The notes: generated by a model from the sequence alone, not told the origin. A DNA stretch of 64,000 nucleotides from Erysipelotrichaceae bacterium (GCA_015059095.1 SVBA01000009.1:3228-67227), one strand, 5' to 3'; counted from the stretch's first letter, positions 41,714 to 52,617 are shown. Made by a program: numbers and translations.

Positions 41714-43543
41714 CTATTTTTCTTGAGATCTCATTTTTGCTTCGAATTTTTTTCTTTCTGCAGTTTGAAGAATTTTCTTTCTCATACGAATATGATTAGG
41801 AGTAATTTCTACTAATTCATCAGTATTAATATAGTCTAAACATTCTTCAAGAGACATTTTTCTAGCACCTTTTAAAGTAACTGTTGAATCTTTATTTGAT
41901 GAACGTTGGTTAGTTAAGTTCTTTTCTTTTACTGGAGTAACTGCTAAATCAATATCATATCTATTTTCACCAATAATCATACCTTCATAAATATCATCGC
42001 CTGGTTCAATAAATAATGTACCTCTTTCTTCTACATGTTGAATAGCGTATCCTGTTGCCATACCAGTATCTGTTGAAACTAATACACCAGTTTTTCTTTC
42101 ACCAACTGCAAGTTTTAAAATTGGACGATATTCTTTGAATGTGTGATTAATAATTCCATAACCTTTAGTTAATGTCATAAAGTTAGTCATAAATCCTAAT
42201 AAGCCTCTAGAAGGAACAACATAATTGATTCTAACTTGATTTTGATCATAATTCATATGGACGAGTTCTGCGCCTCTAGAACCTAAAGCTTCCATAATTG
42301 AACCCATGAATTCTTCTGGAACATCTATTTGAACATCTTCATATGGTTCACATCTTTCTCCATCGATTTCTTTAATAATAACTTTTGGTTTAGAAACTTC
42401 TAATTCAAAACCTTCACGTCTCATATTTTCGATTAAAATTGAAAGATGTAATTCACCTCTACCTGAAACAATCCAAGATTCAGAGTTTGGAATTCTTTCT
42501 ACTTTTAAAGATACATCTCTTTGAGTTTCTTTGTATAATCTATCTTCGATTTTTCTTGCAGTTAATTCTTTACCATCTTGTCCAGAGAATGGAGAAGAGT
42601 TAGTACCGAATGTCATTTGTAAAGTTGGTTCATCGATTCTTAAAGTAGGAAGAGGTAAAATATTATTTAATTCATTGATTGTTTCACCAACATTTAAATC
42701 AGGTAAACCTGCAATACCGATAATATCACCAGCAGAAGCTTCTTCAATTTCTATTCTTTTTAAACCGAAGAATCCAAACAATTTTTGAATTCTAAAGTTT
42801 TTAAAAGTTCCATCTAATCTACAGCAAGTAACCATGTCATTTAATTTTATAGTTCCTTGAGCAACTCTACCTATACCAATTTTACCAACATAGTCATTAT
42901 AGTCTAATAATGCAGGTTGGAATTGAAGTGGGGAAGTAGTATCTGTTTTAGGAGCAGGTATTTCTTCAATAATAGTTTCAAAAATTGCATCCATATTTGG
43001 AACTTGAGTCTCTAAATCATCACTAAATGAAGAAGTACCTTTTAAACCAGAGGCATAAACTGTTTTAAAATCTAACATTTCATCATCTGCGCCTAATTCA
43101 ATAAATAAATCTAATACTTCATCTAAAACTCTACTTGGGTCAGCATTAGGTCTATCAACTTTATTAACTACTACAACTGGTTTTACATGAGCTTCAAATG
43201 CTTTTTTTAACACGAAACGAGTTTGAGGCATAGTTCCTTCAAATGCATCAACAACTAATAAAACACCATCAACCATATGCATAATTCTTTCGACTTCTCC
43301 ACCAAAGTCGGCATGTCCTGGAGTGTCGATAATATTAATTCGATAGTCTTTATAGTTGATTCCTGTAGGTTTTGCTAGAATTGTGATTCCACGTTCTCTT
43401 TCAAGATCATTATTATCCATCATTCTATCTTGTACTTCTTCATTTTCTCTAAAAGTACCAGATGAAACTAATAATTGGTTTACTAATGTTGTTTTACCAT
43501 GGTCTACGTGAGCAATAATTGCAATATTTCTAATATTTTTCAT
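41714..43543 (-). CDS. typA: translational GTPase TypA/BipA
   Basis: G1 [14 protein letters not shown]3 DTPGHADF, G4 NKVD and EF-G-like domains. Start chosen at the internal ATG ([10 protein letters not shown]), which has an AAGGAG RBS; the track start at 43579 is 12 codons upstream. Confidence 0.9.
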   Translation of the reverse strand: MKNIRNIAIIAHVDHGKTTLVNQLLVSSGTFRENEEVQDRMMDNNDLERERGITILAKPTGINYKDYRINIIDTPGHADFGGEVERIMHMVDGVLLVVDAFEGTMPQTRFVLKKAFEAHVKPVVVVNKVDRPNADPSRVLDEVLDLFIELGADDEMLDFKTVYASGLKGTSSFSDDLETQVPNMDAIFETIIEEIPAPKTDTTSPLQFQPALLDYNDYVGKIGIGRVAQGTIKLNDMVTCCRLDGTFKNFRIQKLFGFFGLKRIEIEEASAGDIIGIAGLPDLNVGETINELNNILPLPTLRIDEPTLQMTFGTNSSPFSGQDGKELTARKIEDRLYKETQRDVSLKVERIPNSESWIVSGRGELHLSILIENMRREGFELEVSKPKVIIKEIDGERCEPYEDVQIDVPEEFMGSIMEALGSRGAELVHMNYDQNQVRINYVVPSRGLLGFMTNFMTLTKGYGIINHTFKEYRPILKLAVGERKTGVLVSTDTGMATGYAIQHVEERGTLFIEPGDDIYEGMIIGENRYDIDLAVTPVKEKNLTNQRSSNKDSTVTLKGARKMSLEECLDYINTDELVEITPNHIRMRKKILQTAERKKFEAKMRSQEK

Positions 43544-43653
43544 AAAGGAACTCCTTTCAAAACGTATATATCTTATCACTATTGATTTTTATTGTTAATA
43601 AAAATTTAATAAAAAGAGAAAAAAAGCGTAAGTAAATACTTACTTAACGCTAA

Positions 43654-45339
43654 TTATTTGTCAATATCTAAAATAGCAGGAATAATTACTGGATTCTTAC
43701 CTGTTTCTCTACGAATGTATCTAGTTACTCTATCAATGATTTTATCTTCAACAGAAACTTCATCAGTATATCCAGTTAGATAAACTCTAATTTGATCTAA
43801 GAATAAATCGATGATTGTATGAAGAATATTTTCAGAGTCTTTTAAGAATACAAAGCCTCTCATTTGGACATCAGGTCCAGCAACAATTTCTTGAGTTTTA
43901 CTAGAGATAGTAATTCCCATAATTACAACACCATCATTTGATAATCTATTTCTTTCTTCGATGACATTATTGCCAACATTTCCAATATCTTTACCATCAA
44001 TCATAACATTGCTAGTAGGAATTAAGTTTTTATAATCGATTTTACAAATTCCATTTTCACAATTTATTACCATACCATTATCTGGAACTAAAATATTCGA
44101 ATAATTGTATTTTTTATCTAAATTTAGAGCGATTTTTGCATTTGTCATCATATTAGTAAATGATCCAGATATTGGTACATAATACTTAGGATTAAAGAAG
44201 GTAATTAATGTCTTAATATCTTCTTCGCATGCATGCATTGAGTAAATAACTTTTCTAGAGAAGTTAATTACTTTACATCCAGTTTTATATACTTCATCTA
44301 ATGCTTCAGTACCTAAAACTTCATTAGTAGGAACAGCAGGGCAATTTAAAATGAAAGTATCATCACTAGTAAAATCAATAGATTTAGAAGAAAAACCACC
44401 ATTAACAAAACTAATAATATTTTCAAATAATGTTGATCCTTCGCCTAATAAAAGAACTAAAACATCTTTATCTCTAATTCTAGAAATATTTTCTAATTGT
44501 TCGTATTTAATTTTCGCTGGAATTTTTGAACAACATATGTCTTGATATAATTTAGACATTACTGGAGTTGCATCTTTTTGAGCGAATACTACAGTTTTAT
44601 TAGTTTTTTCTGCTAGAGTAATTAATTCGTAGAAGTTCATCATATTTTGTCCATATAGGGCTGCAAAGATTCTTCCGGTTGAATTTTCAAAAATCTCTTT
44701 TACGTGAGGTGTAATCATGTATCTAGGTGAACATGATCCTTTTAAATGAGCATTTGTTGAATCAGATAATAACATCAATGCTTCTTTACCTTCATTATGC
44801 AAGAAGTTCTTAGTAGAGAACTTGAAAGATGGGGCAAGATTATTATAGTCAATAATCATATCTGAAGTATAAATAATATTACCTTGAGAAGTTTCTACTG
44901 AACAAGCAAAACTAAATGGAATAGAGTGAGTTACTTGAGTGAAGTGGAATCTATAACCAGAAATAGTTAAAAATTCATGTCCATCTATAAGTATAAATTT
45001 ATATTTATTATCGATACCAACTTTTTTAGAGAACATTTCAATAATTCCTGCTGTAAATTGAGTTGTTACAATAGGAGCAGGTACTTCTCTATAAACATAA
45101 GGTAATCCACCCATTTTATCATCGTGTCCATGAGTAATAATATAAGCTTTAACACGATTTTTATTTTCTTTTAAATAATCAAAATTTGGAATTAATGCAT
45201 CTACGCCTGGAATAGATTTATGAGGATATTTTAAACCACAATCAAAAACAAAAATATTATCATTGATTTCAACGATAAGTAAGTTCTTACCTTTTTCATC
45301 TAAACCACCTAAAGCGAACACTTTTATTTTATCATTCAT
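43654..45339 (-). CDS. rnj: ribonuclease J
   Basis: Metallo-beta-lactamase motif ITHGHDDKMGG, beta-CASP, and the RNase J C-terminal domain. N-terminus (KVFALGGLDEKGKN) matches RNase J. Confidence 0.85.
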   Translation of the reverse strand: MNDKIKVFALGGLDEKGKNLLIVEINDNIFVFDCGLKYPHKSIPGVDALIPNFDYLKENKNRVKAYIITHGHDDKMGGLPYVYREVPAPIVTTQFTAGIIEMFSKKVGIDNKYKFILIDGHEFLTISGYRFHFTQVTHSIPFSFACSVETSQGNIIYTSDMIIDYNNLAPSFKFSTKNFLHNEGKEALMLLSDSTNAHLKGSCSPRYMITPHVKEIFENSTGRIFAALYGQNMMNFYELITLAEKTNKTVVFAQKDATPVMSKLYQDICCSKIPAKIKYEQLENISRIRDKDVLVLLLGEGSTLFENIISFVNGGFSSKSIDFTSDDTFILNCPAVPTNEVLGTEALDEVYKTGCKVINFSRKVIYSMHACEEDIKTLITFFNPKYYVPISGSFTNMMTNAKIALNLDKKYNYSNILVPDNGMVINCENGICKIDYKNLIPTSNVMIDGKDIGNVGNNVIEERNRLSNDGVVIMGITISSKTQEIVAGPDVQMRGFVFLKDSENILHTIIDLFLDQIRVYLTGYTDEVSVEDKIIDRVTRYIRRETGKNPVIIPAILDIDK

Positions 45340-45485
45340 AAATATTATGTCTCCTTAAATAAATACATAGATATTATAAATTAATATCTATAGAATATCA
45401 ATAAAAAGATAACTATATAATTTGGCAAATATTCTATTTTTTACTTTACATTTAGCCAATTATTATATAAAATATATACTGCAAT

Positions 45486-45562
45486 GGCGATTATGGTGAA
45501 GTGGTTAACACATCTGGCTGTGAACCAGACATTCGTCAGTTCGATTCTGATTAATCGCCCCA
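45486..45562 (+). tRNA. tRNA-His (GTG anticodon) with encoded G-1 and CCA
   Basis: Cloverleaf with acceptor GCGATTA/TAATCGC, G-1 opposite C73, anticodon loop CTGTGAA, T-loop TTCGATT and an encoded CCA end. Confidence 0.85.
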
Positions 45563-45574
45563 TTTGTTAATATA

Positions 45575-45598
45575 GACCGATACGTCGGTCTTTTTTTT
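45575..45598 (+). terminator. rho-independent terminator after tRNA-His
   Basis: GACCGA-TACG-TCGGTC followed by T8. Confidence 0.8.
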
Positions 45599-45614
45599 AT
45601 TAAAAAAGCGAAAA

Positions 45615-46739
45615 TTACTTTCCGCTTAATTTATTTTTAAATTCTTTATCTGCACATGATTTACCAAAATACATTAATTCCCATACTGCTGAAGGTTCAG
45701 TAGCTTTTTCTACTACGATTCCATTTTCAATTTTTTCAATAGTAGCATCACCTTCAAATCTTAGATATGATCCTGAGAATCCTATTAATTTTGCTAATAA
45801 TTGTAATGGTTTAGGTAGAAGTTCAATAAATCTTTGCTTTGAGATATCATTTTTTCTATTAAATGATATTCTATAAAATTCATTATCAGGAGTTAAGTAT
45901 TCATAGATTACATGGTTATATACTGGCTTTCCTGTATGCTCATCAAGGTATTCATCAGTTGATACAAATTTTAGGGTATGATTCGAGTTGTCGCCTAAAA
46001 TCCTATCTTTTTTTGCTAACATAAAGACATCAAAATCTTTGTATCCATATTTCTTTTCTCCAGTAATCCAAGCTGATATTACTTTATAGTCACCAATTTT
46101 TGCGCGTCCCCAATACCAATGGTGCATAAGTTTTAGCATGGATATATTTCCCCAGTTATGATCGTGATATCCTGATCCTTCTAAAGTTTTAGTTTCACCA
46201 TTTAAAGTAATTGTAGCAGTGGCTTTTCCTTCTGGTATTGCAGGTAGCCAAGAGAAATAATATTTTTCATCATCTCCAAAAAAGATACTTCCAGTTTGTG
46301 ATCTCCAAGCAGGAATTGTTCCTACTAATTCAGTTTGTGCTTGGATATTTTTACCAACAAATTTTATATTGTATTTTTTTAAATCGCCAATAAGATAAGA
46401 ATCATTTATTTTCACATCACATTGAGATTTTGAAAAATGAGATTCTTCTATTGAGCAAGTTATTAAATCCATATATTTTGTTCCATCTGGTAAAGTTAAT
46501 TCAAGAGTTGCTTGAGGGTTGATAGGTCCATTAACTTCAATTGGTGATTTAGAAAAGAAGATAATAACCATCTTTGTTCCATCATTAAAAGCAAAATCGT
46601 TATACCACCATTCATATGTTCCTTTTGAACCGTCAGTTCTTGAACCATCTTCCCAAATTTCTATTTTATCCTTAGTTAATCCTAGTTTTTTATAATGTAT
46701 TTCATCGTCTGGATGAATTGAGTTTTGAATTTTTTTCAT
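45615..46739 (-). CDS. hypothetical protein, possibly CrtC/AttH-like lipocalin-fold family
   Basis: GYHDHNWG motif, WYWGR and a beta-rich composition. Family assignment is tentative. Confidence 0.3.
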   Translation of the reverse strand: MKKIQNSIHPDDEIHYKKLGLTKDKIEIWEDGSRTDGSKGTYEWWYNDFAFNDGTKMVIIFFSKSPIEVNGPINPQATLELTLPDGTKYMDLITCSIEESHFSKSQCDVKINDSYLIGDLKKYNIKFVGKNIQAQTELVGTIPAWRSQTGSIFFGDDEKYYFSWLPAIPEGKATATITLNGETKTLEGSGYHDHNWGNISMLKLMHHWYWGRAKIGDYKVISAWITGEKKYGYKDFDVFMLAKKDRILGDNSNHTLKFVSTDEYLDEHTGKPVYNHVIYEYLTPDNEFYRISFNRKNDISKQRFIELLPKPLQLLAKLIGFSGSYLRFEGDATIEKIENGIVVEKATEPSAVWELMYFGKSCADKEFKNKLSGK

Positions 46740-46856
46740 ATTTATATCTCCTTAAATTAATGTTAATACAATACAAAAATACAGTCAAATGTAGTTTAAT
46801 AATATTGTTTTAGAATATTTTACAATGTGTTAAAATATTTCTTGAGGTGATTATTT

Positions 46857-47465
46857 ATGAGATTTGATATTAATAAATTAAAATGGACTAGATTACCTAA
46901 AGAATATTCTATTAATGAGAATGAAATAGTTGTTGTTACTAATCCTCATACTGATTTATGGCAACGTACTTATTATGGATTTAGAAATGATAATGCACCT
47001 GTTTTACAAATGGAAACTAATGAAAAGTATTTTTCTTTTATTGTCAAAACTTCATTTGAAAGTAAAGTTAGATTTGATCAATGTGGTGTTTGTATTTATT
47101 TAGATAGTGAGAATTGGTTAAAAGGATCAATTGAATATGAAAATGAAAAAATACAAAGATTAGGTAGTGTAGTTACTAATTTAGGGTATTCAGATTGGGC
47201 TACTACGGATATTTCTTCTTGTGTTAAAGAAATGTGGTATCGTTTATCTAGAAGAGAAGATTCTTATTGTATTGAATGTAGTGAAGATGGTATTAGTTTT
47301 AAACAAATGAGGATATGTCATTTAGAAAAAGGAAAAGACGTTATTAAATTTGGTATATATGCTTGTTCTCCTGAAGATTCTTCTTTTAAAGCAACTTTTA
47401 CTAATTTTGAATTAAGAGAATGTGAATGGAAAGCTCATGATGGTCAACAACCTGATGTAGAATAA
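46857..47465 (+). CDS. DUF1349 (concanavalin-like, enolase-regulator-1-like) protein
   Basis: Overall length and beta-sandwich pattern fit DUF1349. Confidence 0.45.
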   Translation: MRFDINKLKWTRLPKEYSINENEIVVVTNPHTDLWQRTYYGFRNDNAPVLQMETNEKYFSFIVKTSFESKVRFDQCGVCIYLDSENWLKGSIEYENEKIQRLGSVVTNLGYSDWATTDISSCVKEMWYRLSRREDSYCIECSEDGISFKQMRICHLEKGKDVIKFGIYACSPEDSSFKATFTNFELRECEWKAHDGQQPDVE

Positions 47466-47532
47466 TAAATTTTTAACAGTAATTTAATATTTTTAGTATA
47501 TTATTGAATAAAATCAACAATGAAAGGATTGT

Positions 47533-48228
47533 ATGAAATATATTAAAAAAAGGAAAAAATGGTTTGAAAATTTAAAGAAAATTCTTAGATTGTTCATCAA
47601 AAAATCAGAATTTATTTATTTGGGTGAAAAAATAGAAGATGGTAGTATTATTATTTCTAATCATGAAGGTGCATCTTCTCCTTTAACTTTGGAATTATAT
47701 AGTGATTTTTATTTTAGATTTTGGGGAACATATGAAATGAACTCAGGATTAAAAAGTGTTTATAAATATTTAAGCGAAATATATTTCCACAAGAAAAAAC
47801 ATTGGAATATTCATTTAAGTAGAATTTTTTGTATTATTGCTGCCCCTATTGTTAATTTGTTTTATAAAGGTTTAGATTTGATATCTACTTATCCTGATGG
47901 AAGATTATTAAATACTATTAAAGAAAGTATAAAAGTATTAGAAAATAATAAAAATTTAGTGATTTATCCTGAAAATTCTAATAAAGGTTACTTTAAAGCA
48001 TTAGAAATGTTCCATCCGGGTATTTCTTTATTCTTAGAACAATGTTTAAAAAAGAATATTAATGCTAAAGTATATGTATCTTATTTAAAAAAAGAAGAAA
48101 GAAAATACATCATTGATAAACCTATTTATATTAAAGAATTATTAGATATGCGTTTATCAAGAGAAGAACTTGCTTCTTATCTTTGTGATAAATGTAATAA
48201 TTTGAGCAATATTGAGATCTCAAAATAG
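47533..48228 (+). CDS. putative acyltransferase-like protein (weak PlsC-like)
   Basis: IIISNHEGASS and a VIYPE region resemble lysophospholipid acyltransferase motifs I and III, but the canonical Asp in HX4D is absent. Confidence 0.3.
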   Translation: MKYIKKRKKWFENLKKILRLFIKKSEFIYLGEKIEDGSIIISNHEGASSPLTLELYSDFYFRFWGTYEMNSGLKSVYKYLSEIYFHKKKHWNIHLSRIFCIIAAPIVNLFYKGLDLISTYPDGRLLNTIKESIKVLENNKNLVIYPENSNKGYFKALEMFHPGISLFLEQCLKKNINAKVYVSYLKKEERKYIIDKPIYIKELLDMRLSREELASYLCDKCNNLSNIEISK

Positions 48229-48283
48229 AGATCTTTTTATTTTTCTTTAAAAAATGGGTAACCTATTTTAAAGGAGAAATTAT

Positions 48284-48718
48284 ATGATTGAAGAAGATAC
48301 AATTAAGTTATTAAGAGAATGTGATCAAGGAATTAAGATGGGTATTAGCTCTATTGATCAAGTTATTTCTTATGTAAGTTCAGAAAAAATGAAAAACGTT
48401 TTTTTAAAATCAAAAATGGAACATTCGAAAATTGAAAATGAAATAGAAGAGATGTTGTCTAGATTTCAAGATGAAGGTAAAAATCCTAATATATTTGTTC
48501 AGGGAATGTCAAAAATGAAGACAAATATTGAATTAATGATCAATGATTCAGATTATAAAATTGCTAGTATTATGGTGGATGGAACAAATATGGGAGTTAA
48601 ATCATTAAGTAGATATTTAAATCAATACAAGGCTGCAAGTGAAGAAGCAAAATACATAACTCGTAAAATAATTAAATTAGAAGAAAAATTATCAAAAGAT
48701 TTAAGAGAATTTTTATAA
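48284..48718 (+). CDS. hypothetical helical protein (DUF2383-like?)
   Basis: Alpha-helical and Lys/Glu-rich, with no catalytic motif. AGGAG RBS. Confidence 0.3.
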   Translation: MIEEDTIKLLRECDQGIKMGISSIDQVISYVSSEKMKNVFLKSKMEHSKIENEIEEMLSRFQDEGKNPNIFVQGMSKMKTNIELMINDSDYKIASIMVDGTNMGVKSLSRYLNQYKAASEEAKYITRKIIKLEEKLSKDLREFL

Positions 48719-48824
48719 TTTGAGTCGAATAAATCGAAAATCTAACATTTTTCATAATATAAGTTGTATAATTAAAGTATAAAAATAGATTGGCACATAA
48801 TAGCTAAACTGGAAGGAACAAAAT

Positions 48825-49361
48825 ATGAAAAATGTTGTGATTATTTCTTCATCACCAAGAAAAGATGGAAACACAGAAACTTTATGTAAGGAGTTTTATC
48901 GTGGAAGTGAATCGATGGGACATCATGTTGAATTAATATGTCTTAGAGATTATAATTTAAAATATTGTTTGGGATGTTATAGTTGTACTAAATTGGGTAG
49001 ATGTATACATAAAGATGGAATGGATGAAATTTCTGAAAAACTATTAAAAGCAGATGTAATAGTTTTATCAACTCCAGTATATTTTTATTCAATGTCTGGT
49101 CAATTAAAGGTATTTATTGATCGATTAGTCCCTTATTATAGTAAAATTAAGGCCGATATTTATCTAATTGGAACGATGTTTGACATTGAACAAGAAATGA
49201 TGGATTCAACTTTTGAAGCAATAAGAGGAGCGACTAGAGATTGCTTTGTTAATTGTAAAGAAAAAGGTGTCATCTATGGTTTAGGTTTATATAATAAAGA
49301 TGATGTTTTAAAAAGAGAAGACTTAAAAGCCAAAGCTTATGCGATGGGAATGAGTGTTTAA
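48825..49361 (+). CDS. iron-sulfur flavoprotein / NADPH-dependent FMN reductase-like
   Basis: Flavodoxin-like VVIISSSPRKDGNT plus a CLGCYSCTKLGRC Cys cluster. GGAAGG RBS. Confidence 0.6.
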   Translation: MKNVVIISSSPRKDGNTETLCKEFYRGSESMGHHVELICLRDYNLKYCLGCYSCTKLGRCIHKDGMDEISEKLLKADVIVLSTPVYFYSMSGQLKVFIDRLVPYYSKIKADIYLIGTMFDIEQEMMDSTFEAIRGATRDCFVNCKEKGVIYGLGLYNKDDVLKREDLKAKAYAMGMSV

Positions 49362-49367
49362 TTTAAT

Positions 49368-49395
49368 GGAGAATGAATTATTTCATTCTCTTTTT
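49368..49395 (+). terminator. rho-independent terminator
   Basis: GGAGAATGAA-TTATTT-CATTCTC followed by T5. Confidence 0.7.
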
Positions 49396-49426
49396 AAGTG
49401 TGCTAAAATTAGTTTATATTTAGGTA

Positions 49427-49885
49427 ATGATTATGAAAATAGTTAGATATGAAGAAAAACATATTCAAGATGTCGTTTCTTATGAATTAACTTTAAGAAA
49501 TGAAGAACCTGATTGGGGATGGGAAATTAATGAAGAATACATTAATAAAGTATCTTCATCTTTTTGTGATTCTAAATATAATAATGCTTTATCTTTTATT
49601 GCTTACATTGATAATAAAGTGGTAGGAAGAATTGATGCAAGTTTAATTCCTACTCATTTCGATGGAAGTATGAAAGCTTATTTAGATTGGATATGTGTAT
49701 TAAAGAGTTATCGTCATAAAGGTGTTGCTCAAGCATTAATGAAAGAATTAAGAAAAGTACTAAAAGAAGAGTATAATGTGGATACTTTAGTAGGATTAAT
49801 CGCCTCAAATGAAGAAGCACAAAGATTTTATAGATCTTTAGATAAATCTATAATTAGAGATGAAGGGATTTGGATTGATTGCTAA
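49427..49885 (+). CDS. GNAT-family N-acetyltransferase
   Basis: Acetyl-CoA motif A, RHKGVAQALMKEL. Confidence 0.75.
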   Translation: MIMKIVRYEEKHIQDVVSYELTLRNEEPDWGWEINEEYINKVSSSFCDSKYNNALSFIAYIDNKVVGRIDASLIPTHFDGSMKAYLDWICVLKSYRHKGVAQALMKELRKVLKEEYNVDTLVGLIASNEEAQRFYRSLDKSIIRDEGIWIDC

Positions 49886-50366
49886 TATGAATAAAGTTTA
49901 TTTAAAAGAACATTTAAAAAAATATCCACTAATGGATATTCAAGATATTATTAAACTCCATTTACAGGCTATATTAGGTCCTGCTCATCTTTTGCCTAGT
50001 AAAGAAAGAATTAAAGAAAATTTTATTAAAGAGTATAATGAAATTAAAGATTTAGATTATCATTATGATTTACTAGAAGATGTTAGTGAAACTTATACTA
50101 GAGTCTATTTAAAACCTTATTATGAATTAATGGGAAGTTTTGATAAATTAGTAGATGTGTTTTATTATTCAATTGATAAAGATTTAGATATTGAAGGATA
50201 TAAAAAGGTGATTAAAGGACTAATTAATGAGGAAAATAAGGAGTTTATTAGTAGATATTTAGAAAGTGACAGTGTGTTAATTAGTCATTCTAAAAAATAT
50301 AAAGATAATTATCATCCTCACTACATTGTAGTAAAGTCAATGTATATAGGATTAGCACTTAAATAG
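49860..50366 (+). CDS. hypothetical protein
   Basis: No recognisable motif. The true start may be the ATG at 49887 (MNKVYL), just after the GNAT stop. Confidence 0.35.
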   Translation: MKGFGLIANMNKVYLKEHLKKYPLMDIQDIIKLHLQAILGPAHLLPSKERIKENFIKEYNEIKDLDYHYDLLEDVSETYTRVYLKPYYELMGSFDKLVDVFYYSIDKDLDIEGYKKVIKGLINEENKEFISRYLESDSVLISHSKKYKDNYHPHYIVVKSMYIGLALK

Positions 50367-50377
50367 GAGGAAAATTT

Positions 50378-51244
50378 ATGAGTAAATCTAAGGTGTATTT
50401 TAGTAGTAAAATTACTAAAGAATCAGTATTAAATTTGTATAGAACTTTAGGAGTTGAATTAAAAGGAAATGTTGCGGTTAAAGTGCATTCGGGTGAGCCA
50501 GGAAATCAAAACTTTATTAGACCTGATTTTTGGAGTGATATGATTAATGAAGTTAATGGTACGGTAGTTGAATGTAATACAGCTTATGCAGGTAGAAGAA
50601 ATACAACTAAAGCCCATTTAGAGACTTTTAAAGAACATGGATGGAATGCTTTTAGTGTAGATTTATTGGATGCAGAAGGTCCAGATTTAGTTTTAGATAT
50701 TCCAAAAGGAAAAGTAATTAAAAAGAATTATGTTGGTAAAGATATTGTTAATTATGATTCAATGTTAGTGTTATCTCATTTTAAAGGTCATCCAATGGGT
50801 GGATATGGTGGAGCGATTAAACAACTTTCAATTGGATTAGCTTCATCTTATGGTAAAGCGTATATTCATGGAGCAGGTGATCCTAGTAAAATTTGGACTG
50901 CAGATCATGATAAGTTTTTAGAATCAATGGCAGATGCAGCGTTAAGTGTAGTTGAATATTTTAAAGGTAATATTGTCTATATTAATGTTATGAAAAATAT
51001 GTCAGTAGATTGTGATTGCTGCGCAGTTGCAGAAGATCCATGTATTAAAGATATTGGGATTTTGATTTCAACTGATCCAATTGCAATCGATCAAGCTTGT
51101 ATTGATTTAGTATATTCTTGTGATGATGAAAAGAAAAATCATTTAATTGAAAGAATTGAATCAAGAAATGGAATTCATACGATTGTTGCAAGTGCAGAAT
51201 TAGAGTTTGGTTCAAGAGATTATGAACTAATTAAAATAGATTAA
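50378..51244 (+). CDS. DUF362 domain protein (putative Fe-S binding)
   Basis: DCDCCAVAEDPC Cys cluster and overall DUF362 pattern. GGAGG RBS. Confidence 0.6.
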   Translation: MSKSKVYFSSKITKESVLNLYRTLGVELKGNVAVKVHSGEPGNQNFIRPDFWSDMINEVNGTVVECNTAYAGRRNTTKAHLETFKEHGWNAFSVDLLDAEGPDLVLDIPKGKVIKKNYVGKDIVNYDSMLVLSHFKGHPMGGYGGAIKQLSIGLASSYGKAYIHGAGDPSKIWTADHDKFLESMADAALSVVEYFKGNIVYINVMKNMSVDCDCCAVAEDPCIKDIGILISTDPIAIDQACIDLVYSCDDEKKNHLIERIESRNGIHTIVASAELEFGSRDYELIKID

Positions 51245-51256
51245 TAGAGGTCAAAA

Positions 51257-52069
51257 ATGGAATTTTGGGATGTATATGATGAATTAGGAAATAAATTAAA
51301 TAAGATTCATTCTCGAGGCGAAAAACTTTTAGATGGTGAATATCATTTAGTGTGTGAATGTTTAGTAAAACATGTTGATGGAACTTTCTTATTAATGAAA
51401 AGGCATCCTTCAAAGAAAGTTTATCCATTATGTTATGAGGCGACTGCAGGAGGTTCTGCTTTAGCTAATGAAACACCTTTAGATTGTGTAAAAAGAGAAT
51501 TAAAAGAAGAGACTGGAATTGATTGTGATAATTTTATCCAAGTTAATTATTCTATTTCTAAAGAAAGACATGCTATATATTATTCCTATGTTTGTGTAGT
51601 TGATTGTTTGAAAGATAGTGTTATTCTTCAAGAAGGGGAAACTATCGATTATAAATGGGTGGATGTAGACGAATTTAAAGATTATATCTCTTCTACTGAA
51701 TCAGTGAAAACCCAAGTGGAAAGATATAAAAAATATTATGATACTTTTGAAATAGGATATAATTTTATGGTTATTATTGACCGTCCTCTTGGTAGTATTC
51801 ATCCTAAGCATAAAAATATTGTTTATCCTGTAAACTATGGATATATTCCAAATAGAATTGGTGGAGATAATGAAGAGCAAGATGCATATGTTTTAGCTTT
51901 AGAAGATATACCATTAAAATCTTATATTGGTAGATTAATTGGTGTAATAATTAGAATTGATGATAATGAAACTAAATGGATTATTTCTAATAGGGATTTT
52001 AGTGAAAAAGAGATATTAGAAAAGGTTTCTTTCCAAGAAAAATACTTTAAAAGTGTATTATTTAAATAG
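51257..52069 (+). CDS. NUDIX hydrolase fused to a C-terminal inorganic-pyrophosphatase-like domain
   Basis: NUDIX box GGSALANETPLDCVKRELKEETGI in the N-terminal half. C-terminal half: YPVNYGYIPNRIGGDNEEQDAYVL...IGVIIRIDDNETKWII parallels family I PPase YPANYGYI...DGDPVDVLV...VGVLKMTDE. Confidence 0.65.
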   Translation: MEFWDVYDELGNKLNKIHSRGEKLLDGEYHLVCECLVKHVDGTFLLMKRHPSKKVYPLCYEATAGGSALANETPLDCVKRELKEETGIDCDNFIQVNYSISKERHAIYYSYVCVVDCLKDSVILQEGETIDYKWVDVDEFKDYISSTESVKTQVERYKKYYDTFEIGYNFMVIIDRPLGSIHPKHKNIVYPVNYGYIPNRIGGDNEEQDAYVLALEDIPLKSYIGRLIGVIIRIDDNETKWIISNRDFSEKEILEKVSFQEKYFKSVLFK

Positions 52070-52080
52070 GAGAAAAAAAT

Positions 52081-52608
52081 ATGAAAAAATTATTAATTAT
52101 TGTAGATTATCAATATGATTTTGTTAACGGAAGTTTAGGCTTTGAAGGAGCAGAAAAATTAATTCCAGTGATCAAAGAAAAAATTGAAAATTATTTAAAA
52201 GAAAATCAAGATATAATTTATACTTTAGATACCCATGAAGAAGATTATTTGTCTTCAACTATGGAAGGTAAATTATTACCTGTAGCACATTGTTTAAGAT
52301 GTAGTAAGGGGTGGAAAGTAGTAGATGAAGTTGATTATTTAGATAGAGCGATTAAGGTATTTGAAAAACCTACATTTCCATCTTTAGAATTAGCAAATTA
52401 TTTAAAAGATAAAGAGTATGATGAGGTTGAATTATGTGGGCTTGTTTCTAATATTTGCGTATTGAGTAATGCAGTAATGGTAAAATCTAGTTTACCTAAT
52501 GCTAGTATTATTGTAGATGCTAAAGCGACGGATTCTTTCAATAAAGATCTTCATGAAAAGTGTTTAGACATTTTAGAAGGTCTCCATATTCAAGTGATTA
52601 ATAGATAA
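52081..52608 (+). CDS. isochorismatase-family cysteine hydrolase, nicotinamidase (PncA)-like
   Basis: LLIIVDYQYDFVNGSL (Asp), K, and the nucleophile CGLVSNICV. Confidence 0.65.
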   Translation: MKKLLIIVDYQYDFVNGSLGFEGAEKLIPVIKEKIENYLKENQDIIYTLDTHEEDYLSSTMEGKLLPVAHCLRCSKGWKVVDEVDYLDRAIKVFEKPTFPSLELANYLKDKEYDEVELCGLVSNICVLSNAVMVKSSLPNASIIVDAKATDSFNKDLHEKCLDILEGLHIQVINR

Positions 52609-52617
52609 TTAAAATTT

